From contig NC_087252.1 of the NCBI RefSeq assembly GCF_037042905.1, positions 7,070,001 to 7,134,000 of the forward strand: a DNA stretch of 64,000 nt, read 5' to 3'. Positions 24,001-36,183 of this stretch are shown here, in pieces (within the stretch, counting starts at the first letter, position 1; each line of letters begins with the position of its first letter). Both the position numbers and the translations under genes were made by a program. This DNA comes from Lytechinus pictus. Taxonomy: Eukaryota. The notes under the pieces were generated by a model. It made no database searches. It was not told where the DNA came from and worked only from the letters and a program-made list of their open reading frames with translations.

Positions 24001-25238
24001 GTTCACCTTATGAATAAATGAATAAGGTATAGATAATATGCTGGATGCATATAACAGCTGAGAGGTAGCAAAAGTTTTCACAATTTGAATTTTCCCGTAT
24101 GATGATAAATTCCTGGCTTTCCATAAATTAAGTTGAGATTTAATGTGGAATAATATTCTTTGTAATTGTGCCATTCTATCCTCAAAAGAATAAGAGATGT
24201 CGATTCCAAGAATTGTCAAAACGTAAAAAAACCTTTATATCTATTGGTATAGATGGGTTTGCAAACTGAACTGTCCTATAAACATTGCTTTCGTCTTATC
24301 GTAATTCAGTGAGAGTGATGAACATAATTGAAAATCATTTAGAGCTTCCGTGAGGTGATGATACGACTCAAAGTTTGACAAATAAACCGTTATGTCATCG
24401 GCGTACATAGACAACTTAATTTCATTAGTATTTTTTAATCTTATGCCTTGAATGTTTATGGCTAGCGTTTCTATAGCTAATATAAAAAGATATGGAGATA
24501 AAGGATCCCCCTGTCGTATTCCTTTTCCTACCGTAAAATATCCAGTTGAAACATTATTATTCATCACACAGCTTTCAATGTTTTTGTAAAGAACACTGAC
24601 AAAATTGCAAAAATTATTCCCAAAGTTAAAACATTTCAAAACCTCTATCAAAAATTGGTGATTCAATGAGTCGAATACTTTTTTAAATTCGAGGCTTAAT
24701 AAAATACCGCCCAAACGCTTAAGCCTAGTATAGAACATTGTCTCCAGTGTTGTTCTCACGGCTTCACCTATGTATCTATTTTTAACAAAAGCTACTTGGT
24801 CAGGATGAATGATAGATGGTAAAATATTTTTCAGTCTCTCTGCTAAGGCTTTGGAGCCGATCTTGATATCGACATTTAAGAGAGTTATGGGCCTATAATT
24901 TTCTATAAACATTCTATCCTTCCCTTTTTTTGCTATTAGTGTAATTATACCTTGCCTCTGTGACGTAGACATCATTCCTCGTTCAAAACTGTAATTAAGA
25001 GTATCTACGACCAACGGTCCAAGTTTGCTCCAAAAATGACAATAAAATTCGACGGTTACTCCGTCGTTACCGGGTGATTTGTTCTTAGCCATGGCAAATA
25101 GAGAAGAAGTGCATTCCGAAAGAGATAATTCTTTATCGCATAGGTCACGCTGGTTTGGCGATAACTTGGGTATACAATTTGACTCCAAAAACTTACAGTT
25201 ACTAAACGATTTGGGGTCTTCTGTTTTATATAAGTTTG

Positions 25239-26256
25239 AGGGGAACGACTGATTTTTCTTTCCTATCCACTTTCAATTTATATATACATATAATTTTTCC
25301 CCTCAGCTCTTTTGAATAGTTACATTATAGTTTCTTACTCTACTTTCCTCCCATATCTCATACAAGCTCAGCTCCAATTTTTCCTTCCTTATTCAGGCGA
25401 TATAATAATTATTATTTATATATATATATATATTTGTTTTTTCTCCACTCACCTCTTTTAGATTTACCACATTTGCTTATTTACATGTATACTATGGTTT
25501 CTTCATAATACACCCCCTCTCTTCTATATTTGCTTTTACCTTCTTAGGCAATTTGCTTCCTCTTTTTCACATATACAGGTTTTTTTTTTTTTTTTTTTCT
25601 TTTTTTCTTTTTTTCCCTACTATATAGTCTTATGTTTTTTTTCCTGTCACACCTAGCGGATTACAATATCAGTTACACCATATGTGTATTTATATATTTC
25701 TTCATATACATTTCTTTTTTGGATATATTTATATACATATCACTTATAGATACATATTTACACTTACCTTCTTCTCTTAGTTTGTTTAATGCTTTATCAT
25801 ATATACTTATATGTCTTATGCACATTATCAGTTGTTCCCCATTCTTTTTCTTTTTTTTCCCCCACTCTTATGCACCAGTTTATTAAGCCTTTCTTTGTAA
25901 CCTGTTTGACCCACCTCTCACTAATTCTCTTGTTTTTCATCCCATTATCACTGTTTTGTTCCAGATCCTGTTTGATGTTGCCTGCCTCATTATTTTAATC
26001 CCTCTTGGCTTGAGGTCTTTTACTGGCCTTACTTACACTAACTTCCCTTTGCGTCTGCCTACTCCTTTTCTTTCATCCCCTTCACTAACCTGATTGGTCT
26101 TCTCTACTCACTAATGCCCCTTTTGTCTCCTTGTTTCTAGTGTTGCTGTAGCTTGTTTGTGGTCTATATTATGGTTGTTCCACTTTATATGTTTGTCATT
26201 TTGCCTCCGACGAAGATTCTGCTAGGATCGAAAGCTTAGGCCCCTTTTTGACTTTC
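25239..26256 (+). mobile_element. 1018-bp pyrimidine-rich insertion, probably Penelope-like (pLTR-derived)
   Basis: Bounded by the 13-bp duplication TTATATAAGTTTG (25226-25238, 26257-26269); ends with a hammerhead-like motif. Confidence 0.7.
26203..26241 (+). ncRNA. Minimal type I hammerhead-ribozyme-like motif (variant core)
   Basis: GCCT-CCGACGA-A-GATTCT(GCT)AGGATC-GAAAGCTT-AGGC: stem I GCCT/AGGC, 6-bp stem II, palindromic AAGCTT in place of stem III. Core is CCGACGA rather than CTGANGA. Confidence 0.55.
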
Positions 26257-28345
26257 TTATATAAGTTTGCATAGAAATTCTTAATATGAGTATTCACTTT
26301 CAAAGTATCGGTTAAAATTTCATCCCCTACTTTTAGTCTGTTTATTGTTGATCTTGCCTTGTTGGCCTTTTCCAAGTTTAAAAAGAATTAGCTGTTTTTC
26401 TCTCCATATTCTACCCAGATGGCGCGGGACCGGACTATTATACCATGAGTTATACGGTCCATGTGCGCTTCATAATCTAGCTTAGCCTTTTCATATTCGT
26501 CAACATATTTTTCACCATCTTTATCCACCAAAATCTGAAGATGTTTTAATTTCCCTTCTAGCTCCCTTCTCTGCTCTCTTAAAATTTAAGCTCTACTTAT
26601 ACTATATTTCCTAGAGAATAAACGGATATTATATTTTAAAAATTCCCATTTCATACGTATGTCTTCAAATTGAACTGATTCGGTTATCCAATTGTCTATA
26701 TTTTCAGACATTTCTACACGAAACTGTTCATCATCTAAAAGACTATTATTGAATTTCCAGTTGATTGACAAAGGTCGTTTCTTTGTGATAACTCGATAAT
26801 AAGTATAATTGCAGAATGATCTGAACTCACACCGGGTATAATATCATTTTTTTGTATGAAATCTTGTAGATTATCAGAAATAAACCAAAGATCAAGTCTA
26901 CTTTGTATTAACGGATGGCATTGCCGCCAAGTGTATCTCCTCAATAACGGATTCCTTAGTCTCCAAATATCAACTAAATCAAAATTATTCTGTATCTCAT
27001 TAATAGTATCACTAATGTCATTATGGAGGTGAGGGTTTCCGCCCATTCTATCCAAATTTACATCTAACAGGGTATTAAAATCTCCCCCAATCACAACCGG
27101 TATAGTTTTTATGTCGTTTATTGATAGCAAATTATCATTTATTTGCTTGAAGAATTGTTTTTGATCTGCGTGTTTATCTGCCGTGGGTGCATATATGTTC
27201 AATAAAATATATTCATTATCATCTATGTTAACCCGTAAAAGGATAAACCTTCCTTCACTCGAAATTTGCTTGTATGAAATTGTGTAGTTAAAGTCATATT
27301 TAAAAAGTATAGTTACTCCACAACTATGACGAGACCCGTGGGAAAATGCAATGTCCCCTTTCCATTGAGACGACCAAAGATTAGTTATATCATCAGAGCT
27401 ATATGTCTCCTGCAGGAATATCACATCTGTTTTAATATCTTCCAGCCACTGAAAAACTTTATTCCTTTTAAATTTAGATCTAATGCCTCTTACAATTAGC
27501 GACAGAAATTTCAACTTTGTTTCTTTAATAATCATAGAGATATGACAATCTGATTTGTCAACCTCATAAAGCCGGATTTACAAAAGCGAAGTTTTGTACT
27601 TTGGAATAAAAAATACAGGGTAATGAAAATAGGAAAGTTTACCGGAATGGAAAGCCATGGCAAAGTAAATCTCGTGAACATGAAAAATTCAAAGAAAATA
27701 CGTTTCAACAAGGTCATGGCAAGAGTATCGCAATTAAAGAAGGATTTAACATGAGAATGGACCTTGTAAAAAAAACATCCATCCGGAAGCATGCGCAATG
27801 AATGACCGACTGTTAGTCCCAATTAAAACATTTGTAATTCTTTGTGTGATTTGTATAACGAGGAATTCAAAAATTCTTTCTACTGGAAAAAGGAGTATTT
27901 GAATATAAATCAAAGGTGTATTAAAGTATTTTAAGAGATGGCGGTAAAAAACTTTAGATAGCATACATAACAAGCCTATTCGCCGAATTATCCAAACCCT
28001 AACTGCATAATCAACTCCTATTTGACATGTAACGTTTGTGAAAGAACCATGGCTTCGATATTGAGAAGCATGTTCAGTTAAAATATCATACAATGCATAC
28101 CATTAACACAATGTGGTAATTGGATAATTGAAAAACTCGTCAGTCGAATGACTGTGTAAGAATGCAATTTAAAGACTTCGATTATGTTTTGCCTATTAGA
28201 GCTTTGAAGCCATGGTAAAAAATCAAATTCATTCAAACATGTAAACAAAAAGCAACTTGTATTTATATCATGTCCAAAGAATTTTGTGCGCAATAATTGT
28301 TTACAGACTTTACAGTTTACTGAAAGCCAAGAATTGCATGAAAGA

Positions 28346-28533
28346 TAATATAATAATAATATAATAATAATACAGGTATATTTACCCAGGGAAGCCACTT
28401 CAGTTCCGAAAACTGTTCTCCCAGCGGGCCCTGCTATTATTATTACCCCGGCTTTAGCTGGGCTGCCTAGGCGCTCAAAGCATTCAAGGAATTTCTTCCT
28501 ACCGGGTACCCATTCATCTCACCTGGGTTGAGT
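28346..28533 (-). mobile_element. SINE 3' fragment with (TTA)n tail
   Basis: GGTACCCATTCATCTCACCTGGGT resembles the conserved Deu/Nin-type SINE core; LINE-like 3' stem-loop at 28387-28433; AAT microsatellite tail. Confidence 0.6.
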
Positions 28534-29234
28534 ATATATACCTTATATACCTTATCATCGTGATAATCGAAACCAGGAAACAATGTATCACATTCCAGAA
28601 GAAGAGGTGGATTCAAACGAACACTTTTAATCAAGTGTATATACATAATTAGATTCCTCCAAATTTCCTTTTGGTAGCTAAAAATTAGCATAAGAAAAAG
28701 AATCATTCTACTAGAAAACACTATAAAATCACCCGGTCGAATTATAGTACGTGTATCTTTTTCATAATATGCGTTATCATGAGAATGTAAATGTATGGAC
28801 ACAACAATCGTTCGAATAACATGAATAACGACTAACATGACGTGCATACTGAGAAGAACATGCTGTATTTGCATTAAAACCAGAGGCTGCATATGAAAAG
28901 AAACTATACTGACTTCCAATATGGGCATACAAATTACTGAACTCTCCAAATCTGTTCTTTGTGCATGAATACCTTTCAGAGGTCTACATCCCAAACTGTA
29001 AAGTATTCTCATTGAAAAAATGCTAAGCACTTGTCGTATATCATTAGGATTGGAAATAAGGCAGATAAAACGTGACCTCTTAAAGACCCTGACCGGTGTA
29101 AAAACAATCATATATCAAAATAAAGGTAATGATTCATACAATACGAATATACCAAAAATATTACATATATCTCCTTCCAATAGTTAAAAATATGAAATAA
29201 AAATCAAAGAAACTGCTCCTCTAAAGTACGCTTC

Positions 29235-29953
29235 GATTGAGCACCCCCACGTCGCCTGGAAATGATGACGTCACGTTGTGTCAGGAGGGTTGTGATTCCA
29301 TAGGTTTGTGTACAAAAGCATTGGGTATTTTCTTCCATTTCCATGTTATGAATCCATTTTTTTTTTCGTTTTCAGATGAAAATGGCACTCAAAATTATTC
29401 ACTGTTCAAATTGTTGTAAACCTACAACTATTCACTACCTTTTTTGTGATTTCTTTGTTTGGCTCTTATTGGGCCTAAATTGCTATGTCAGGAAAAGTTG
29501 TTATACATAATCTAAATGCAGATAGAATTGAAATCTGCGCCAAATAAGCAGAAAATAAAATATGGCAAAAACTAGTTCAAAACTGCAGATTTCATAAATT
29601 CAAGCGTGTGGGTAAAAATATATGTGATATCCCTCTGTGATAGAAGTGAAGAGAATGAAATGCGTTATCTGGAAAGCAAAAAAATCACCCAGTTTTTTTG
29701 TGTACAAACCTATGGAATCACGACGCTTCTTACACAACGTGATGTCACGGTCTCGAGGCAGGTGAAAAGCACAATAAAGCCTATTTTCTAAGCGGGGTTC
29801 GAAACCCGATAATTGGAATATTCTTAAGGAAAATACTCAGCTGGGAAGCGGTGAAAATGCATAAAGCATACCTTGGTGTATTTAGTAGCTTATAAGCTTT
29901 CGATTGGTATATAATTTATCAATTTCATTTTCGGGTCCGGTCTGGATCTTTAA
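29235..29953. mobile_element. Partial non-autonomous DNA element with internal inverted repeat
   Basis: GTGATTCCATAGGTTTGTGTACAAAA (~29292) is inverted relative to TTTTGTGTACAAACCTATGGAATCAC (~29696). The right end ...GATCTTTAA resembles TTAA-targeting (Kolobok-like) ends; no matching left end found. Confidence 0.4.
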
Positions 29954-30381
29954 CACTCCTATCGTAATTGTGTTTGTTAATAAAGTACCTTGAAAAAAAC
30001 AAGAAAATGTAGACTATTAGCATGCAAAACAAATCGCCAAATATACCTGTGCATTCCCCAAAAGGGGGAATTGCTTGATATAAATTGTAACGTTCCACAA
30101 GGAACACTTCATATAGAAACATACATGTATATATAAACATAAAGACATTTATAACAGATTGTTTCATGTTGTAGTAGTGCATATTAAATAAAAAAAACAT
30201 GACCTCTCCGAACGGAGACTCTGCTAGAAAACCAACATTATTAGTGTTCACATTTATAATCAGCAAAAAGAAATTATGATGAAATGATCCTACCTAAGAG
30301 TGACAAAGTTTCTTTCTTTTTTCTTAGCTTTCAAATAAATCAGCTATATTGATTGGAGATTTTTAGAGAACAAACAAACTT

Positions 30382-33300
30382 AAAACTCGAACTCCATCAG
30401 AAAATATAATGGAATCATCAATATATTCTTTTAAAATAGGTTACGCATCAAATATCGAATACAGACGAGGCCTTTCTAATTAAGAAATATAAACATATCC
30501 ATAATTTTTCCTACTTATTTTTCCTTGTTCTATTGTTTAATACATGTAGAATATTCATCGAGCAGGATAGTGAGAGAAAAAAGAGGGCTTTAATTGTATA
30601 TTATTTCGCACTTTTCCTTATTTTGGTCTCATAAACAGATTAAATGTTTTTTTGTTTTTTTTTCCTTCATCGCGTCTCATGCAACGATGTTTCTGTTTTA
30701 AAAAACAATAGCACTTTGGAAAACTTAGCAGTCAAAGTTTAAATGAAGAGAGGAAAGAAAATCCTCCATCACTATCACGTCCCAACGTGGCATGAACATT
30801 CCTAACTTATAAAACCTGCATAGGTTGCAAGTTTAAAAAGATAAGCTGGATGACATTTAGGCTAAAAAACATCCCTTTTCCTTTCTCATCCAAGTAAGAA
30901 ATGAGAAATGAGCACCTCACATGCATTTCATTTACACATTTCATGAATTCACTCTTATTTTTTATGTAAAGAAAGAAAAAAAAATCAGTTCCACTTCCTT
31001 TTTCCAACATTCAAAGTTTTCACTTCGATCAGAAAACAAAAAATCTGAAAATGGTGCATGATATTAGCAGACATATTATGAAGGAGGGTTGTGCTTTTTA
31101 CATCCTTATTCTCAATATGATTGGCACAAAAGTCAAAACGATCAAACTAAGCAAGAAATAAGAAGAATGTACATTCGATAATCTTGCACGACAATCCTTG
31201 GCTTTTTATATTCCATAGAACTGAAAATAAAATAAAAGGACTTTGATTAAATACAAATAAAATTCGATTTTCCTTTTCCCTTCTTCGCCCTTCTTTTGCA
31301 TTGACCTTTCAATCGTACAATTATTTATATTGTTTTCCTTTTCAGTTTGAAAAAAGTAGATGCCAAACAACTATATGGTCTCAGTGAAAGAACCAAAAAA
31401 AAAGGAAAAGGAAAAGGGAGCTTGTACTTTACGTTCATTTTGATATATCTTTAATCTTGTCAATCCAATATCTTGTACCTTTCGTAAAAATGATGATTCT
31501 CATTCCATGTTTCTTCATTCGAAAAAAACACCATAAAACTTGAACTTCATCAGAAAATATGGGGGATTCGTCAATATATTCTTTATAAATAAGTGAAGCC
31601 TCAAATATCGAATACTGATGAGCCCTTCATATTTGAGAAATATAAACAAATACATTATTTCTCCTACATATTTTTCCTTGTTGCATTGTTACATGTAGAA
31701 TATTCATCTAGCAGGAAAGAGAGAGAGAGAACAATGTGGGCTTTGTATAATATCCTTTCGCTCTTCTTGTTTCTGTTGCATAAACAGATGCATTTTCCCT
31801 ATTCTTCGTGACTCTTGCAGTATTTTTTGTTTAAAAAGACTGAATGCTTCGGAAAACTCAGTGATCAAATTTTAAAGACGAGAGGAAGGTAAATCCTGCA
31901 TTACTATGCCTCCAGTCGTGGCGTGGACATTCTTAACTTATAAAACCTGTTATTCAGGTTACAAGTTGATAAAATGAGCCGGATGACACGAATGACACCT
32001 TTACTTTTCTCTCTCTCATCCATGCAAGAAATGAGAAAGCACGTTATATGCATTCCATTTACATATTTTATGCATTCACTCTTATTTATGGTAATGCTGT
32101 AAAAAAAAGAAAAAAAGTCAACATCCCTTGCTTCTTCCTGACATTCGAAATTTCACTTCGATTACAAATATATATACCATATATACACAACAAAAAAAGT
32201 CCCCCCTAAATCAAATTGCTGTAACTTTTGAACGGAATTATTTTGAGATATGATATTCCGTAGGTGGTTTTCTACACTCATTAAGCAACTCCTGGGGAAA
32301 AATAAGATTGATCGGTTGAGTCATGCATGAGTAATTAAAGATTGAATTAAAAATGACAATTTTTGAAAGTCACAAGAGTCGTTTTTCAGATTGTGCAAAT
32401 ACAAAGTTGGGCAAATGTTGTCTTTAGGGGAATTTTATGGTGTTATGCTGTTTTACTATCCATCATTTAGCCACTCCACACACAATGTTGATATCATAAT
32501 GTTCATGGTTGAGTGAGCACAATGTATTGCAGGGGCCGCGGAAGCGGGGGGGGGGGCTGGGCGGGGAGCTTCAGTCCCCCCCCCCACTTTTTTCCAAAAG
32601 CATGTACAAAAATGTAAAAATGACCATACGATTGTGATTTTTTGCATGGCCAGCCCCCCCCCCCCCCCCCCCACTTTGAAAACCCTTCCCCGGCCGCTGT
32701 ATTGTGACGTATCATCATAGGGGTTTATGGTAGTATCCTCTACAACTTGTTAGATCATGTTAAAATTTGAAAATGTTGGTGGCTCCCCCGATTATAGGCC
32801 CCTCCCCCATTTTTAAATTCTGGACCCACCACTGATTTGTCCATAAATTAAACTGATCATGAGGAGTTGTTAGGAAAAGAATACATTTATGGAGTATAAA
32901 GAGTATTCATTCCTAAGTTTTCGAATGTGCTCGCTCAACCATGAAAATGTTAAGTTCGGAAAGTGTGTGGTGATAGAAATGATGGATGATAAAAACAATA
33001 GCAATTTGAAACCGAATTTGCCCCCAATATTCATTTTATTACCCTTTAAAATGAGTCTGTGACATTGAAAATACAAATTTTCCCACTTTGATGCGTGCTC
33101 ACTCATCCATAAATAAACAAATCGATTTCATTTTTGCACAGAATTCTGCCCATAGGTTGATAAACATTACTGCCAAATGACATTGCTAAAGACAGCCGTG
33201 AAAAAAAGTTCCACGATATTGAATAAGGGGTTACTTATTCTTAAACAGGTGCACCCATAATGTACACAAGTCTATGAGAGACGAAGTCAAAATTTTAACA

Positions 33301-34255
33301 AATATGAAATGAGGGTTTGTTTCACGGACGGTTTTTGTTACTTCTGCCAATAGTTATTTCATGAAACTTCGTACATGGCTTCAGAGTAACACTATCCAAA
33401 AGGCGCGCGCACCAAAATAACCATTCGATACGACACAGAGTGGGGCCAAGGCCTTGAACTTTCTTCTCATTTGCATAATTTTCGAATATTGTGTGCTCAC
33501 TGATGCATTAAACATCGGGATTTTCATAAAAATCAAATCAAATGAACTATGCAAGGAGGTTTGTGACAGATATCCATAGTAACAAATTGCATTTTTTCCA
33601 ATAACGTAAAAAAGAGCTAATCGCATTCCACATGTTCATTCAAGCGTGGATATTTAATCAAACGCGTTTGAATCACTGAAGCATGTTAATTGGCCATGAA
33701 CATAACGAAAAAGTTGAGAAAAGATCATTTTCAGTTCCCAAAATGAACCAATACTTGCCTATGATATTTGAAAATCGTATTTTTTTGTTTTCAATAAATA
33801 TCCATTGAACCGTGAAACGATGAATATTGTTGAAGAAATTCTTCCAAAAATAACTGTCATCATATTCTATCATTTTTATTGATATAAATGTGTAAAAAAT
33901 CCAATTAGAGCAAATTTGAACTTGTGTTTATTCAACCGTGAAATTTAGCCAAACAAGTTGTATCGTCTTTTAGAGAGTACCTTTTACAAGCCTTCTGACT
34001 ATTTTTTATGATGAGAATGTAAAATTAGTTCCAATAAAATTGAATCAAAGTCATGATATTTGGCTTGTGACTTTTGAAAAGTGACATTTTTGCCTTCTGA
34101 CGGTGCTCACTGAAGCATGAAGTGAAATACGTCCATAACGTTTACTAAGAGGGTAGCTTATAAAATTACCTACACGCTCATGTAAAAATATATTAAAAAC
34201 TCGCATTGGTTCGGAAATTATTGATGTTTGTTTAAGGGGGGACTTACTTTTTTGT

Positions 34256-34299
<44 letters not shown>

Positions 34300-34765
34300 A
34301 AATGCTCTGTTAGTGCAAGACATGTGAAAGAGAGTTGTACTTTCCACCCTTTCATTCTTATTTTCCATATAATTGGCACGGCAAAAGTTAAGAAGATCAT
34401 ATCAAGCAAGAAATAAGGAGAAAAATCGTACCTTCTATAATTTTTCTCGACATTCCTGGACTTTTTTAGGTTCTATAAAACTGAAAAAATTGACTTTAAT
34501 TAAATACAAATAAAATTCAGTTTTACCATTTTCCTTTTCGCCTTTCTTCTGCATCTACATTTCAATCAAATAATTATTCATATCATTTTCCTCTTTTGTT
34601 TGAAAAAGTCGATGCTAAAGAACTATATATGGTCGAAGTGAAAAAAACCCGAAAAATGAACTTGTAATTAACGTTCATTTTGAGATATTTTTAATCCTAT
34701 CAATCCAATATCTAGTACTTTGCGTAAAAAATGATGATTATTCTCATTTTTTAATTCATTCGAAT
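30382..34765. repeat. Diverged ~1.15-kb tandem duplication, second copy split by a TIR element
   Basis: Unit 1 ~30382-31534; unit 2 ~31535-32165 plus ~34293-34765. Shared blocks include AACT(C/T)CATCAGAAAATAT, CACTTCGAT, TTAAATACAAATAAAATTC and TCAATCCAATATCT. Confidence 0.75.
32186..34259. mobile_element. TA-flanked non-autonomous TIR element (Tc1/mariner-like), with small GC-rich MITE pieces nested at ~32530-32835
   Basis: CACAACAAAAAAAGTCCCCCCT ... AGGGGGGACTTACTTTTTTGTTGTG, TA on both sides (right side expanded to (TA)n); subterminal AAAGTCACAAG / CTTGTGACTTT. Confidence 0.7.
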
Positions 34766-35398
34766 CTCTCATTTTGCAAGAAAAGAAAGCAAAAAAAGTG
34801 AGAATTTCAGTTACATGAGAGTTGTTCACCCTTCTCCGTGTTCCCCCACTTTCCCTTGTTTCTCTTTCATCAAATCCCTCATTTTCAAATGGCGTGACGC
34901 CTTAGTAATTTTCCATTTAAAAAATAACGTGAATAAAGTAAAGCGTACATTTCATTCACATAAAAGTCATTCGCTCTCCACAGAAAAAGTTTTCATTGAA
35001 ATACAGATGTTTTCGATGAGCTCATAGATTAGTTTCTTTTAATATTCCATTCATTAAACATTTCCTTCTCTTTCATGATGATATGATCCTTGTGGTTGTC
35101 GTATATGCAGAGATAAGAAAGTACATTGTATTTTTTATTCATCACGTCATAGACAATTTTCTAGACTAAAAAAGGGTATTTTCCTGAGACAAGTCTGTTG
35201 ATGTTTAAACAACATGAAGTGAAGCAGAGATGAAAGCAATAAACAATTTTCGGTGTTTTTAATAAAATGAATAATTCTCTCTCTCCTTTGGCCGATGACG
35301 TAATTTCTTGCACACGCGTGTCAACGAAGATATAGATGAGAAACGGATTAGAAACACTTGGGTTGATATTTTTTGTAATCATTATTCCTCATCAGTAT

Positions 35399-36102
35399 TG
35401 TGGGAAATGAGAACTTTCTTAACATAAAAATATCTGATTGACTCACCAGCACTGAGGTCCTCTATGCGAAGGCAAAAATGTAGAAAATCCAGTGGCGATT
35501 AATTCATCGGGATCCTTTAATGCGATGTCCATAAACAAGATAAATGCGAATGAAGAACGATGTCGCGATGAAGAACGACCGCGCACGTGAGGCCTCAGCG
35601 AAACGCGTCGCGAATAGGGTGATCGTGACACGAGATGTTCTCCTAGAAATATTACACGCTGTCCACTTGGATAACACAAGCGATGAATATATATTTACAT
35701 ATGTCCAAAATCAAGAGGATGGAAAATGAAGAACTTGAAATCCTGATGATGAAAAATAAATCCAAAGTAAGAGCTATTTGTTGTGTTGCAAAGTGGTGAC
35801 TAGCAGAAATTGTACATGTCCTTTCTAGGTGAAGACTTTCTACCGCGTGTGTTGGAGTGTAAAAATTAACCATGAGGTTGCTCTCAGCTTAAATCTGATT
35901 GGCTAGTCGTTGCTAAGTGAGAAAAACATCCGCTTAGAGATAGACAGGAGAATCAAGTTGAATAGGCTAACTGAGAGGTGCTCCATGAAAAGAATTAATT
36001 AAGTTGTATTAAATCAGCTGTCTTTGCATGATCAATGTAAAATAAAGTGATCAAGCTCTGATCATGTTGAAATCAGTGTTTGATGAAAAGAAAACCACTA
36101 CA
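35399..36102 (-). repeat. 3' LTR of Gypsy element 2
   Basis: Direct repeat of 40262-40965; two substitutions noticed. Confidence 0.96.
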
Positions 36103-36183
36103 ATACTCCCCTCCTAGATCAACGAACAAGAGTTAAGTTGATCGATACAAAGCATTGGTCCCATGATAATGTAAGATGTCCTT

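Larger units (their letters stand above)
22755..27535 (-). pseudogene. Disrupted L1/Tx1-type LINE ORF2 (APE endonuclease-RT-zf-RVT)
   Basis: EN 26735-27535 (FLQETY, NIYAP, GGDFN, SRLD, SDH); WKFNNSLL; RT 24241-25188 (KSPGNDG, NYRPITLLN, GIRQGDPLSPYLF, YADD); C-terminus with CSFC..ETLDHLFFAC; a further ...KW tail near 22765. Several frameshifts/stops and a 1-kb insertion. Confidence 0.92.

Noticed and set aside
27532..29111. ORFs upstream of L1 ORF2 as ORF1 or a host gene
   Set aside because: No recognisable domain; the 214-aa ORF runs into the SINE fragment. Left unassigned.
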